Both the position numbers and the translations under genes were made by a program. Below, in pieces: positions 29,171-37,666 of a DNA stretch of 64,000 bases. The notes under the pieces were generated by a model. The model was not told where the DNA came from. It made no database searches and was given only the letters and a program-made list of their open reading frames with translations. Within the stretch, counting starts at the first letter, position 1. Every line of letters begins with the position of its first letter. Origin of the DNA: Clostridia bacterium (GTDB taxonomy: Bacteria; Bacillota; Clostridia; Oscillospirales; CAG-272); NCBI GenBank assembly GCA_017463485.1, contig JAFTPD010000002.1, positions 321,870 to 385,869 on the forward strand, read 5' to 3'.

Positions 29171-30100
29171 TTACTTATTTCCGCCTGCAAGCTTCTCGAT
29201 CTCAGCAGCGAAGTCCTCTTCCTTCTTCTGGATGCCCTCGCCCTTCTCGAAACGGCAGATCTCTACAACTGCGATCTTTCCGCCGAGAGCCTTTGCGGTG
29301 TTCTCGATATACTTGCCGACCTTCATATCGTCTTCCTTAACGTAGCCCATATCTACAAGGCAGTTTGCCTCGTAGTACTTGCCAAGCTTACCCATTACGA
29401 TACCCTCAAGTACCTTCTCGGGCTTGCCTGCCATCTTGGGATCGTTAGCGAGCTGAGTCTTGATGATCTCCTTTTCAGCCTCGATAACGGATGCGGGAAC
29501 GTTCTCGCGAGCGATATAAGGTGTGGGATATGCGCCGATCTGGAGAGCGATATTCTTTGCAAACTCTGCAAAGCCGTCCTTATCAGCAACGTCGGTGTCA
29601 AACTTTGCGATAACGCCGATAGAGCCTGCACCGTGAATGTAGGTGCTGGTGATACCCTCAACTACAACAAAGCGGCGGATGCTGATCTTTTCGCCGATAA
29701 CGAAGATCATTTCCTTCAGCTTCTCATCAACGGTAACGGTTCCGTCAACGTACTTACCTGCCATAAGAGCATCAACGTCAGCGGGCTTGTTAGCGATAAT
29801 GGTCTGAAGCAGAGCCTTTACGAACTCCTTGAACTTCTCGTTCTTTGCAACGAAGTCGGTCTCGGAGTTAACCTCGATCATAGCGGTTACGTTGCCTTCC
29901 TTCATGATATCAACGATACCGTCGGCAGCGATACGGTTTGCGATCTTGGACTGAGCCTTCAGCTCGCCCTTCTCACGCAGGATCTTAATAGCGGCCTCAA
30001 CGTCTCCGTCAGCCTCAACAAGTGCCTTCTTGCACTCCATCATACCGATACCGGTCTTTGCGCGGAGAGCGGCAACATCCTTAGCAGCAATAGTAGCCAT
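29171..30100 (-). CDS. tsf: Translation elongation factor Ts
   Basis: The UBA-like N-terminus is AKDVAALRAKTGIGMMECKKALVEADGDVEAAIKILREKG. Confidence 0.95.
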   Translation of the reverse strand: MATIAAKDVAALRAKTGIGMMECKKALVEADGDVEAAIKILREKGELKAQSKIANRIAADGIVDIMKEGNVTAMIEVNSETDFVAKNEKFKEFVKALLQTIIANKPADVDALMAGKYVDGTVTVDEKLKEMIFVIGEKISIRRFVVVEGITSTYIHGAGSIGVIAKFDTDVADKDGFAEFAKNIALQIGAYPTPYIARENVPASVIEAEKEIIKTQLANDPKMAGKPEKVLEGIVMGKLGKYYEANCLVDMGYVKEDDMKVGKYIENTAKALGGKIAVVEICRFEKGEGIQKKEEDFAAEIEKLAGGNK

Positions 30101-30124
30101 TTTCGTATTCTCCTTTGTATTTAA

Positions 30125-30865
30125 TTACTCTGCAGCAACGGTCTCGTCTGCTGCCTCGGGAGCAGTCTCCTCGGTGAGCTGCTCGCCCTGTCTGCCTTCG
30201 ATGATCGCGTCAGCGATAACGGAGGAGATGAGCTTGATAGCGCGGATAGCGTCGTCGTTACCGGGGATAACGTAGTCTGCGTCGTCAGGATCGCAGTTGG
30301 TATCAACGATAGCGATTACGGGGATACCCAACTTCTTAGCCTCAAGAACAGCGATGTGCTCCTTGTGGGGGTCTACGATAAAGATAGCGTCGGGAAGCTT
30401 CTCCATGGTCTTGATACCGCCGAGGTTCTTCTCGAGGTCGAAGATCTCCTTCTGCTTGCCTGCAACTTCCTTCTTGGGAAGCAGCTCAAAGGTTCCGTCC
30501 TCCTGCATCTTGTTGAGAGTGTTAAGACGGTTGATGGAACGCTTGATGGTCTTGAAGTTGGTCATCATACCGCCGGGCCAACGTACGTTTACGTAGTACA
30601 TGCCGCAACGGGTAGCCTCTTCCTTGATAGCCTCAGCAGCCTGCTTCTTCGTACCAACGAAGAGGAAGGTGCCGCCTTCAGCGGAGAGGTCGCGAACGAA
30701 GTTGTAAGCTTCCTCAAACTTCTTAACGGTCTTCTGCAGGTCAATGATGTAGATACCGTTACGCTCGGTGAAGATGTACTCCTGCATCTTCGGGTTCCAA
30801 CGTCTGGTGTGGTGTCCGAAATGAACACCTGCTTCAAGCAACTGCTTGATGGTGATTACTGACAT
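30125..30865 (-). CDS. rpsB: 30S ribosomal protein S2
   Basis: The sequence [27 protein letters not shown] starts at the ATG at 30865, 7 nt after an AAGGAGGA. The ORF-track extension to 31033 is non-coding leader. Confidence 0.95.
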   Translation of the reverse strand: MSVITIKQLLEAGVHFGHHTRRWNPKMQEYIFTERNGIYIIDLQKTVKKFEEAYNFVRDLSAEGGTFLFVGTKKQAAEAIKEEATRCGMYYVNVRWPGGMMTNFKTIKRSINRLNTLNKMQEDGTFELLPKKEVAGKQKEIFDLEKNLGGIKTMEKLPDAIFIVDPHKEHIAVLEAKKLGIPVIAIVDTNCDPDDADYVIPGNDDAIRAIKLISSVIADAIIEGRQGEQLTEETAPEAADETVAAE

Positions 30866-31004
30866 TTTCATGTCCTCCTTAAACGGTTTTTCCACCACAG
30901 ACACCGTTGCAAAATGATCTGGGCACACGCCCCGACACCGATCTTGCACTGTCCATGCCTGTGTGTGTATTTTTTTATTGCTGTGCTTCGCGCACAACAG
31001 GGGT

Positions 31005-31033
31005 ATTATACCATGCCTATCAACATTTTGCAA
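31005..31033 (-). promoter_or_regulatory. Sigma-A-type promoter for rpsB-tsf
   Basis: The minus strand reads TTGCAA, 17 nt, TATAAT, with a TGg extended -10. The leader is about 130 nt. Confidence 0.6.
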
Positions 31034-31067
31034 CAGGTGTTTGCATTTTTTACAATTTATTTACAAT

Positions 31068-31361
31068 TTACTTGAACATTCTGCGTCTTCTCTTCCCTCC
31101 GCACTCGCAGGAGCAAAGCTCGTCGGGTGGCAATCGGACGAGTATAGTATCATCACCGAAGCACTCTACCTTGCACCACGGAATCTTGTATTCCTTCCCC
31201 TTTCCAAAACCGAGTCCCCCCGATTCCCCGGGGACGATAATGGATATCAGCTTGCCGTCGGGGACGGACAGCTCAAAATCGCAGGGATAGCCGAGTCTTG
31301 CGCCGTCGCAAAGATTTATTACCTCCATAGATGCAAGCTCGGATACAGTTGTACATTTCAT
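31068..31361 (-). CDS. ylmC: YlmC/YmxH-family sporulation protein (PRC-barrel)
   Basis: The sequence MKCTTVSELASMEVINLCDGARLGYPCDFEL...IPWCKVECFGDDTILV starts after a GGAGGTG. The upstream ORF extension consists of hairpin sequence. Confidence 0.8.
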   Translation of the reverse strand: MKCTTVSELASMEVINLCDGARLGYPCDFELSVPDGKLISIIVPGESGGLGFGKGKEYKIPWCKVECFGDDTILVRLPPDELCSCECGGKRRRRMFK

Positions 31362-31397
31362 AAACGCACCTCCAAAAATATTTGGTACATTATATGA

Positions 31398-31430
31398 TTG
31401 CGGCGGCGGAAAATTTCTCCGCCGCCGCAA
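31398..31430 (-). terminator. Strong GC hairpin after the P-type-ATPase-like gene (13-bp stem)
   Basis: TTGCGGCGGCGGA pairs with TCCGCCGCCGCAA across a 7-nt loop. There is no clean U-tract, and a TATAAT for ylmC follows. Confidence 0.5.
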
Positions 31431-31436
31431 GGCAAA

Positions 31437-34178
31437 TTATTTTTCGTTTTTTCGTCTTTTCCTGATAAGTCTCAACGCGACGGCGTAAGTCAAAGGTGCA
31501 GTTGCCGAAAGCAACAGTGATGCGGGCGGAGTACCGCCGATAATTGCGGCAACGGCCGAGGCTACTGTCAGCGCCAGCATGAGAAGCGTAATGATAGCTG
31601 ACGCGCGGCTGACGGTAATTCTGCCGCCCCGCTCTCCGCGTCCCTTCCATTTGACGAGCATTGCGTAAATTACAAGCTGAACTGCAAGCAGTGCCGTGAG
31701 AGCCGAGCCAAACAGCTCGTCAAGAGCGCCGAGTCCGAAGGAAAATCCGATAAGAAGCGTCAGCACGTAAAACACGAAGGCAATTCCGACGCACAGCAAA
31801 TTATCCTTGCACATCAGCAATATTCCCTTCACGTCGTGCTTGTGCAAGGAGGTATTTGTCTCCGCCGCGTCGGTATGCTCGGTTGAATCTCCCGCAAGAG
31901 CGAGTGATAGCATAGCCATAGCGTCAAATGCCATTCCCGAAATAAGTATTCCGACTCCGCTCATGAGCGAAAGGCCGAATATCATTGGCACTGCGACAAG
32001 CACGACTCGCGCCGCTATGGCAGACACGAGATACTTGATCGAAGCTGTCAGCTTACGATCGCATCTTCTTGCGGAATCGTAGGCACGGGCAAGCGAAAGA
32101 AATCCTCCGCCCGTTTCGGTTGCTCTGCCGACAATTACATCTGCTCGGCGAAGCATAAGATCACACGCTCTGCCGCCGTTTGGATGCGAGTCGGGAGATC
32201 CGCCCGCAAGAGCAGGTCTGCGTGGCGCACCCGTCCGAGCCCTACTCTCATAACATTCGGGCGAGCAGGCTACCGCAACGTCAGCGCAGGACATAAGTCC
32301 GAGGTCGTCAAGCTCGTGAGCAATCACCGCGACACGTCTGCCGCCACGCTTGAGCTCAAGTAAAAAATTATGTATTTCATCACGGTCAACGCCCACAAAG
32401 GCACGCACGCCGCAATCTGCAAAATCTTTGATACTGTTAAATATTTTATCGTCTGCGTTCAAGGTGAGGATACATTCCTCCCGGCGTGATGCGCAAAGCA
32501 GAGGTGCGTTCTGTTCAAATCCACATTCGCGAAGCACGCGCTGTGCCTCAAAGGATTCGGAATGCTCAAACACGAAAACGCGCACTCCCTTGTCTTCAAG
32601 CGAGCGTATAGCTCCACCCGTGCGCTTGGAGGTATGGCGGGCGTATGCCACAGCGCCCCTCAGCTCATTTCCGTCACCGCCAAGCAAAAACAGTACGCCG
32701 AGTCTCTCTCGGCTGACTTGATTTACAAAATCAACGTATCGGCTTTTCAGCTCGCCCTCGGGCATAGATTTTCTGATCTCGCTGAAATTTTCCGACAGAC
32801 GTAAGGTCTCCTCCTCGCCGCTCTTGTACGCAACGTGAACTCCGACCTCCAGCGGAACGGTGCTGTCAAGTCGCAGGCTCAGACTGTCAAGCTCCGGCTC
32901 GCCCCAAGCGCAGGTAAGCTCGGACAAGAGCCTTATTTCGCTTGCCGACATGTAAGTATTGAAGCGTCGGCAATTATGCGCGGCAAGATGTAATTTTTCT
33001 GCAAAGTCCGAAAGTCGGGAGTCGTTGTCCCCTTCTGCAAGCACGTATTTCTCTCCGTCTATCATTATCTGCTCGGGGTGAGGTATGCCGTCGTGAACAG
33101 CAGACGTTCCGATAGCTACAATATCGGTGATCTTTCCAAGCGTATCAACGCAAGCGCGCGTTTTGACAATGCTTGAAGTCCCCGATTCGCCAAGTCGGTA
33201 AAGTCCCGTGCGGCAGACAGTATGGCTCACGCGGACAAGGGCGATAGCTCGCACACCCATCGAAGCCGTCGCGAGTGCCACACAGGAAAGAATTATACCA
33301 AAAAGATCGCTTTTTGAGCCAAGCGTGAGTATGCTTACGATAAGGAGCGGAATTATGCTGATAGCAGACAGAAGGCTGTAAACGGAGAAAAATCCCTTGA
33401 CGCTTCTCACTGCCGCGCTGTCACGGCTAAGATGTGCGGGAAGATGCAAGGGACGGATTCCCCCGTCCTTTGCTCCGGCGTGGGTATCCAGTCCTACCGC
33501 AGTTACCACTGCAACTCCGTATCCGCGGCGCACAACATCGCCCGCGTACACCATATTATCGGGAGAATTCATCTGCCCCTTCGGAATATCCTCGCCGATA
33601 GGCTCTGCGCGCTTGGATAGCATGACTCTTTCCGCAGTAAGGTATTCCTCCACCTCAAGCTCGGCGGCGGACAGAAGTCTTACGTCTGCCGCGGCTATAT
33701 CACCCTCAAACAAAATGACAATATCTCCTACGACCAGCTCTTCCTCGCGGACTCGGTATAGCTTACCTGCGCGAAGCACGCGCGGCATGGGCGCATCCTT
33801 GCGCTGAAGCTCCATATCAAAGGTCTGTGCCTTACGTTCAAGCAAGCCGAGGACGATTCCCTCCGCTACGGCAACAAATGCGACTGCCGCACCGAGAAAA
33901 GCCCTCTCAAACAGAATAGCCACAAGTGCTATTGCAAGCAAGAGCCACAAAAGCGGATATGAAAACATTTCGCCCATACATACGGACGCGCTTTTTCCAT
34001 GAAGCGAAAACAGTCTGCCCCCCGTGCGCTTTGAGCGTCTTACGCTCACCTCGCGGTGGGAAAGCCCTGCGGAGGCATTTGTATCGTAATACTCCACCAG
34101 CTCCTCAACACTCATTCGGCAAAGCTCAGATGCGCTTATATTGACATCAGTATATACGGGGCGCTTTTCGGTTGCCAT
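31437..34178 (-). CDS. P-type ATPase homologue (P2-like, about 10 TM) with degenerate catalytic motifs, a probable pseudo-ATPase
   Basis: The cation-ATPase N-terminus is SVEELVEYYDTNASAGLSHREV. The A-domain reads RVLRAGKLYRV..VVGDIVILFEGDIAAADVRLL. TGES is replaced by TAER, DKTGT by IGTSA, TGD by EHS, and GDGVNDAPAL by AHELDDLGLM. Confidence 0.7.
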   Translation of the reverse strand: MATEKRPVYTDVNISASELCRMSVEELVEYYDTNASAGLSHREVSVRRSKRTGGRLFSLHGKSASVCMGEMFSYPLLWLLLAIALVAILFERAFLGAAVAFVAVAEGIVLGLLERKAQTFDMELQRKDAPMPRVLRAGKLYRVREEELVVGDIVILFEGDIAAADVRLLSAAELEVEEYLTAERVMLSKRAEPIGEDIPKGQMNSPDNMVYAGDVVRRGYGVAVVTAVGLDTHAGAKDGGIRPLHLPAHLSRDSAAVRSVKGFFSVYSLLSAISIIPLLIVSILTLGSKSDLFGIILSCVALATASMGVRAIALVRVSHTVCRTGLYRLGESGTSSIVKTRACVDTLGKITDIVAIGTSAVHDGIPHPEQIMIDGEKYVLAEGDNDSRLSDFAEKLHLAAHNCRRFNTYMSASEIRLLSELTCAWGEPELDSLSLRLDSTVPLEVGVHVAYKSGEEETLRLSENFSEIRKSMPEGELKSRYVDFVNQVSRERLGVLFLLGGDGNELRGAVAYARHTSKRTGGAIRSLEDKGVRVFVFEHSESFEAQRVLRECGFEQNAPLLCASRREECILTLNADDKIFNSIKDFADCGVRAFVGVDRDEIHNFLLELKRGGRRVAVIAHELDDLGLMSCADVAVACSPECYESRARTGAPRRPALAGGSPDSHPNGGRACDLMLRRADVIVGRATETGGGFLSLARAYDSARRCDRKLTASIKYLVSAIAARVVLVAVPMIFGLSLMSGVGILISGMAFDAMAMLSLALAGDSTEHTDAAETNTSLHKHDVKGILLMCKDNLLCVGIAFVFYVLTLLIGFSFGLGALDELFGSALTALLAVQLVIYAMLVKWKGRGERGGRITVSRASAIITLLMLALTVASAVAAIIGGTPPASLLLSATAPLTYAVALRLIRKRRKNEK

Positions 34179-34190
34179 AAATCGTCCTTT

Positions 34191-34223
34191 CTCAAAAGCC
34201 GCAAAAGAAAATCCTTTGCGGCT
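34191..34223 (-). terminator. Rho-independent terminator after the Clp ATPase gene
   Basis: AGCCGCAAA pairs with TTTGCGGCT, followed on the minus strand by TTTGAG. Confidence 0.55.
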
Positions 34224-34228
34224 GATGC

Positions 34229-36541
34229 TTATTTAGTGGTTATGCGAAGTCCGTCCGAGTCGGCGTCAAGCAATATCATACCTACACCGTTTTTGTAAGC
34301 CGAAATTATTGTTTCCGCCACGGGATCCTCCACGTTGCGCTGAATATATCTGCGCATATTGCGCGCGCCGAATTTGACGGAATAGGATTCCTCGGCGATA
34401 TATTTTGCCGCCGCGGGAGTATATTGAAGGGTGATCTGCTTTTCTTCAAGCGACGATTTCAACTCGTCCAGCATAATAGACGCGATCCGCGCAAAATCCT
34501 CTTGGCACAGCGAGCGGAAAGTGATTATTTCGTCCACTCGGTTGATGAATTCGGGGCGCAGGAAGCCTGAGAGCGCCTTCATTGTCGCACTCTCCTCCAT
34601 GGAATGAAGTCCGTCGGAAAAGCCTACCACAGCACCCGAGCGATCCGAGCCCGCGTTTGTGGTCATAACGATCACGGTATTTTCAAAATTGACCGTTTTG
34701 CCGTGGGCGTCAGTCAGCCGTCCGTCGTCAAGTATCTGGAGCATGACGTTAAGCACGTCAGGGTGTGCCTTCTCTATCTCGTCAAAGAGGACGATTGAGT
34801 AAGGACGGCGGCGTATCTTCTCGGTAAGCTGTCCCGCGTCGTCGTAGCCGACGTATCCGGGAGGTGAGCCGATAAGTCGGGACACCGATTCGCGGCTCAT
34901 AAACTCCGACATATCAAGTCGGACAAGCGTTTCGGGTGAGTGGAAAAGGTCTGCCGCAAGCGTTTTTACAAGCTCGGTCTTACCTACTCCCGTGGGTCCT
35001 GCGAATATAAAGGACACCGGCTTTTTCTTATAGCTGACTCCCGCACGGTTGCGTTTGATGGCTCTTGCCACGGCGCTAACCGCCTCGTCCTGACCGACGA
35101 TACGGCGCTTGATACGCTCCTCCAGCTTATCCACCTGCTCAAACTCGTTTTCGGTCACGGTGGTAGCGGGAACACCCGTCCACACTTCAATCACAAGTGC
35201 AAGCTCGTCCGCAGTGAGAGTAATGCCGTTACACTCAGGCTCGATCTCGCCAAGACGGGCAGACAATTTCAGCTCCTCCGCCTTGATGGAGGCAAGCTCC
35301 TCGTATTTCTTTCTGTCATCAGCATCTGCACTTTCCGCGCTCTCAATAGCCTCTCTTTGTTCCTTGAGGCGAAGCAGCTTATCTCTTATCTCATACGACT
35401 CGTTAAGCGTTGCATTTGACAGCGACGCATGCGATGCCGCCTCGTCAAGCAGATCGATCGCCTTGTCGGGCAGATATCTGTCAGTGATATATCTTTCCGA
35501 CATAATGACCGCGCGGCGGAGAAGTTCCTCGGGTATTGAAACGGCGTGGAATTCCTCGTAATAATGCTTGATGCCTTTAAGCATTTCCACGGTTTCCTCA
35601 AGGGACGGCTCAAGCACCGTAACGGGCTGGAATCGTCTTTCAAGAGCTGTATCCTTTTCGATATACTTGCGGTACTCCGTCAGCGTGGTCGCGCCGATTA
35701 TCTGCACCTCGCCGCGGGAGAGCGCGGGCTTCAAGATATTCGCCGCGTTGACACTTCCCTCCGAATCACCCGTTCCGACGATATTATGCACCTCGTCGAT
35801 AACGAGAATGACGTTGCCCTCCGACTGCACCTCGGATAGAAGTCCGAGAATACGCGACTCAAACTGTCCTCTGAACTGCGTACCCGCAACGAGCGCGGTT
35901 AGGTCAACGAGATATACCTCTTTATTTTTGAGCTTGTACGGCACGTTACCGTCGGCGATAAGCATAGCAAGCGCCTCTGCGATAGCCGTTTTACCAACTC
36001 CCGGCTCACCGATAAGGCAGGGATTATTTTTCTGTCGGCGGCAGAGTATCTGCACGACTCTTGCAAGCTCGCGGTCGCGTCCTACGATCCTGTCAAGGCG
36101 TCCTTCACGCGCCATTTGCGTGAGGCAACGGCAATAGGTGGTAAGATATTTCAGCTTTTTCTCCTTACCCTTCGCTCCTTTTTTTGCACCGCCCTTATTA
36201 TTCATACCCTCAAAGGGTACTACGTTAGCGCCCATATCAGCACCGGGGATAATTCCACCGTCGCCAAAGAGCTTGGGCAGATCTATCGCAGGCGCGCCGC
36301 CGTCCTCGTTGTCGTCGTTATCCGAGGGAGTCATGAACTCACTCAGCCCGTCCTCCATAGATTCCAGCTGCTCGGGACTGATACCCAGCTGACCTGCCAT
36401 ATCACCGAGCATATTATTTACGGGTATCCCCGCTTCCTTTGCGCATTTTATGCAAAGTCCCTCGCTTGAGCGCTGTCCGTTTTCCATTCTGGACACGAAC
36501 ACCACCGCAAGCCTTTTATGACATTTAGAACACATTACCAT
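34229..36541 (-). CDS. Class I Clp/Hsp100 AAA+ ATPase (ClpC/ClpA-like, two AAA modules) with Cys4 N-terminal ribbon instead of Clp_N repeats
   Basis: The Walker A motifs are GEPGVGKTAIAEAL and GPTGVGKTELVKTL. A short middle coiled coil is present. The N-terminus is CSKCHKRLAVVFVSRMENGQRSSEGLCIKC. Confidence 0.85.
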   Translation of the reverse strand: MVMCSKCHKRLAVVFVSRMENGQRSSEGLCIKCAKEAGIPVNNMLGDMAGQLGISPEQLESMEDGLSEFMTPSDNDDNEDGGAPAIDLPKLFGDGGIIPGADMGANVVPFEGMNNKGGAKKGAKGKEKKLKYLTTYCRCLTQMAREGRLDRIVGRDRELARVVQILCRRQKNNPCLIGEPGVGKTAIAEALAMLIADGNVPYKLKNKEVYLVDLTALVAGTQFRGQFESRILGLLSEVQSEGNVILVIDEVHNIVGTGDSEGSVNAANILKPALSRGEVQIIGATTLTEYRKYIEKDTALERRFQPVTVLEPSLEETVEMLKGIKHYYEEFHAVSIPEELLRRAVIMSERYITDRYLPDKAIDLLDEAASHASLSNATLNESYEIRDKLLRLKEQREAIESAESADADDRKKYEELASIKAEELKLSARLGEIEPECNGITLTADELALVIEVWTGVPATTVTENEFEQVDKLEERIKRRIVGQDEAVSAVARAIKRNRAGVSYKKKPVSFIFAGPTGVGKTELVKTLAADLFHSPETLVRLDMSEFMSRESVSRLIGSPPGYVGYDDAGQLTEKIRRRPYSIVLFDEIEKAHPDVLNVMLQILDDGRLTDAHGKTVNFENTVIVMTTNAGSDRSGAVVGFSDGLHSMEESATMKALSGFLRPEFINRVDEIITFRSLCQEDFARIASIMLDELKSSLEEKQITLQYTPAAAKYIAEESYSVKFGARNMRRYIQRNVEDPVAETIISAYKNGVGMILLDADSDGLRITTK

Positions 36542-36663
36542 GTATATTGACCTCTTTTCGTGGGTAGATCCTGATTTATTGAGCCGTGCTCAACATTATA
36601 TTTTAACACCTTCACAATAACTAATTATGAACAAATTAAAAATCATCTGCAAAATCCATCGCA

Positions 36664-37539
36664 TCAAGAGCGAATTTTATGCGTGTTTCGATATTTTACG
36701 GGAGTCATTCCCTTTATTTTCTTAAATATCTTGCCAAAATATGAGGCGCTTGAAAAGCCTGTCGCGGCGGAAATTTCATCGACCGACAGCTCACTGCCCA
36801 AAAGCATATTTGCCGCCTGCTCCACGCGTAGAACGTTCACGTACTCATTTACTGTGCAGTTGAAATATTTTCGGAAATCCCGATACAGCACGCTCTTGGA
36901 AATATTTACCCCTGCCGAGATGCTTTGGATGGACAGCTCCTCGGTGCAATTTGCATTTATATAGTCCGTCGCCTTTTCGATATTTGAGCTGTATTTCAAC
37001 TCCAGCATATCCTCAAGCAGAATATATTTTGACAGCATTACGGCAACGTTGATGATACTCTCCGTCTTTTGCTCGTCAAAATAACGCAGCTTTTCATAAT
37101 ATTCCTTCAAATTATCGAGTGAAACTCCAAGGTCCTTGACGCGCTCGGCTATCTCCGAAAAATCCGTTTCGTTGCGCAGCTCTCCGAGTATGATATAGCC
37201 TATCAAGGAGCCGTCGTGATAAAGCGGAACGGCAATATCGGTAAGCCCCGCGTGGCAAACATGACGCACTGCTATCTGTTGCTCGGAGCATTTTTCCAAA
37301 AGGCAGTAGTCGGAGTTTTGGCAAGCGCGCATTCCCGCATCGCTCTTGTGGATCTCATGGCAGAAATCCGACTGCCTTGAGTGGTCAAGGAACATATATA
37401 TGCAGGAACAATCCGCTCTGCGGAGAGCAATATTTACACCCGTAGCGTTGTAAAAATCCTGAAATGCACGCGCTATTTTTTCGGTATTGTAATTTATGAT
37501 CAAAGCCGTCACCGCCTTCCTGCAAATATTATACACCAA
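36664..37539 (-). CDS. AraC-family transcriptional regulator with N-terminal PocR sensory domain
   Basis: The PocR-type Cys pattern is FCHEIHKSDAGMRACQNSDYC...VCHAGLTDIAVPLYHDGSLIGYIILGE. The C-terminal AraC HTH region is SISAGVNISKSVLYRDFRKYF...FSSASYFGKIFKK. Confidence 0.8.
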   Translation of the reverse strand: MVYNICRKAVTALIINYNTEKIARAFQDFYNATGVNIALRRADCSCIYMFLDHSRQSDFCHEIHKSDAGMRACQNSDYCLLEKCSEQQIAVRHVCHAGLTDIAVPLYHDGSLIGYIILGELRNETDFSEIAERVKDLGVSLDNLKEYYEKLRYFDEQKTESIINVAVMLSKYILLEDMLELKYSSNIEKATDYINANCTEELSIQSISAGVNISKSVLYRDFRKYFNCTVNEYVNVLRVEQAANMLLGSELSVDEISAATGFSSASYFGKIFKKIKGMTPVKYRNTHKIRS

Positions 37540-37666
37540 AAGCGCAATTTTGTCAATACTTTCTCAAAATGCGGAATATAGTGCGAAAAAGTGGGAAATC
37601 AACACCTTGCGTATAGGAATGAAATGTGATAAAATTAAGTTAACAAACTTCAAGGAGGACGGGTTT

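Noticed and set aside
26617-30124. Long antisense ORFs 26617-27978 (minus, 453 aa) and 28733-30124 (plus, 463 aa).
   Set aside because: They are shadows of the DUF1538 gene and of tadA/tsf respectively. Their composition is odd (Arg/His/Lys-rich or Leu/Asp-rich) and they have no RBS.
36542-36578. CtsR operator upstream of the Clp ATPase gene.
   Set aside because: Only a single GGTCAA half-site (AGAGGTCAATA on the minus strand) is present. The required tandem heptad repeat is missing.
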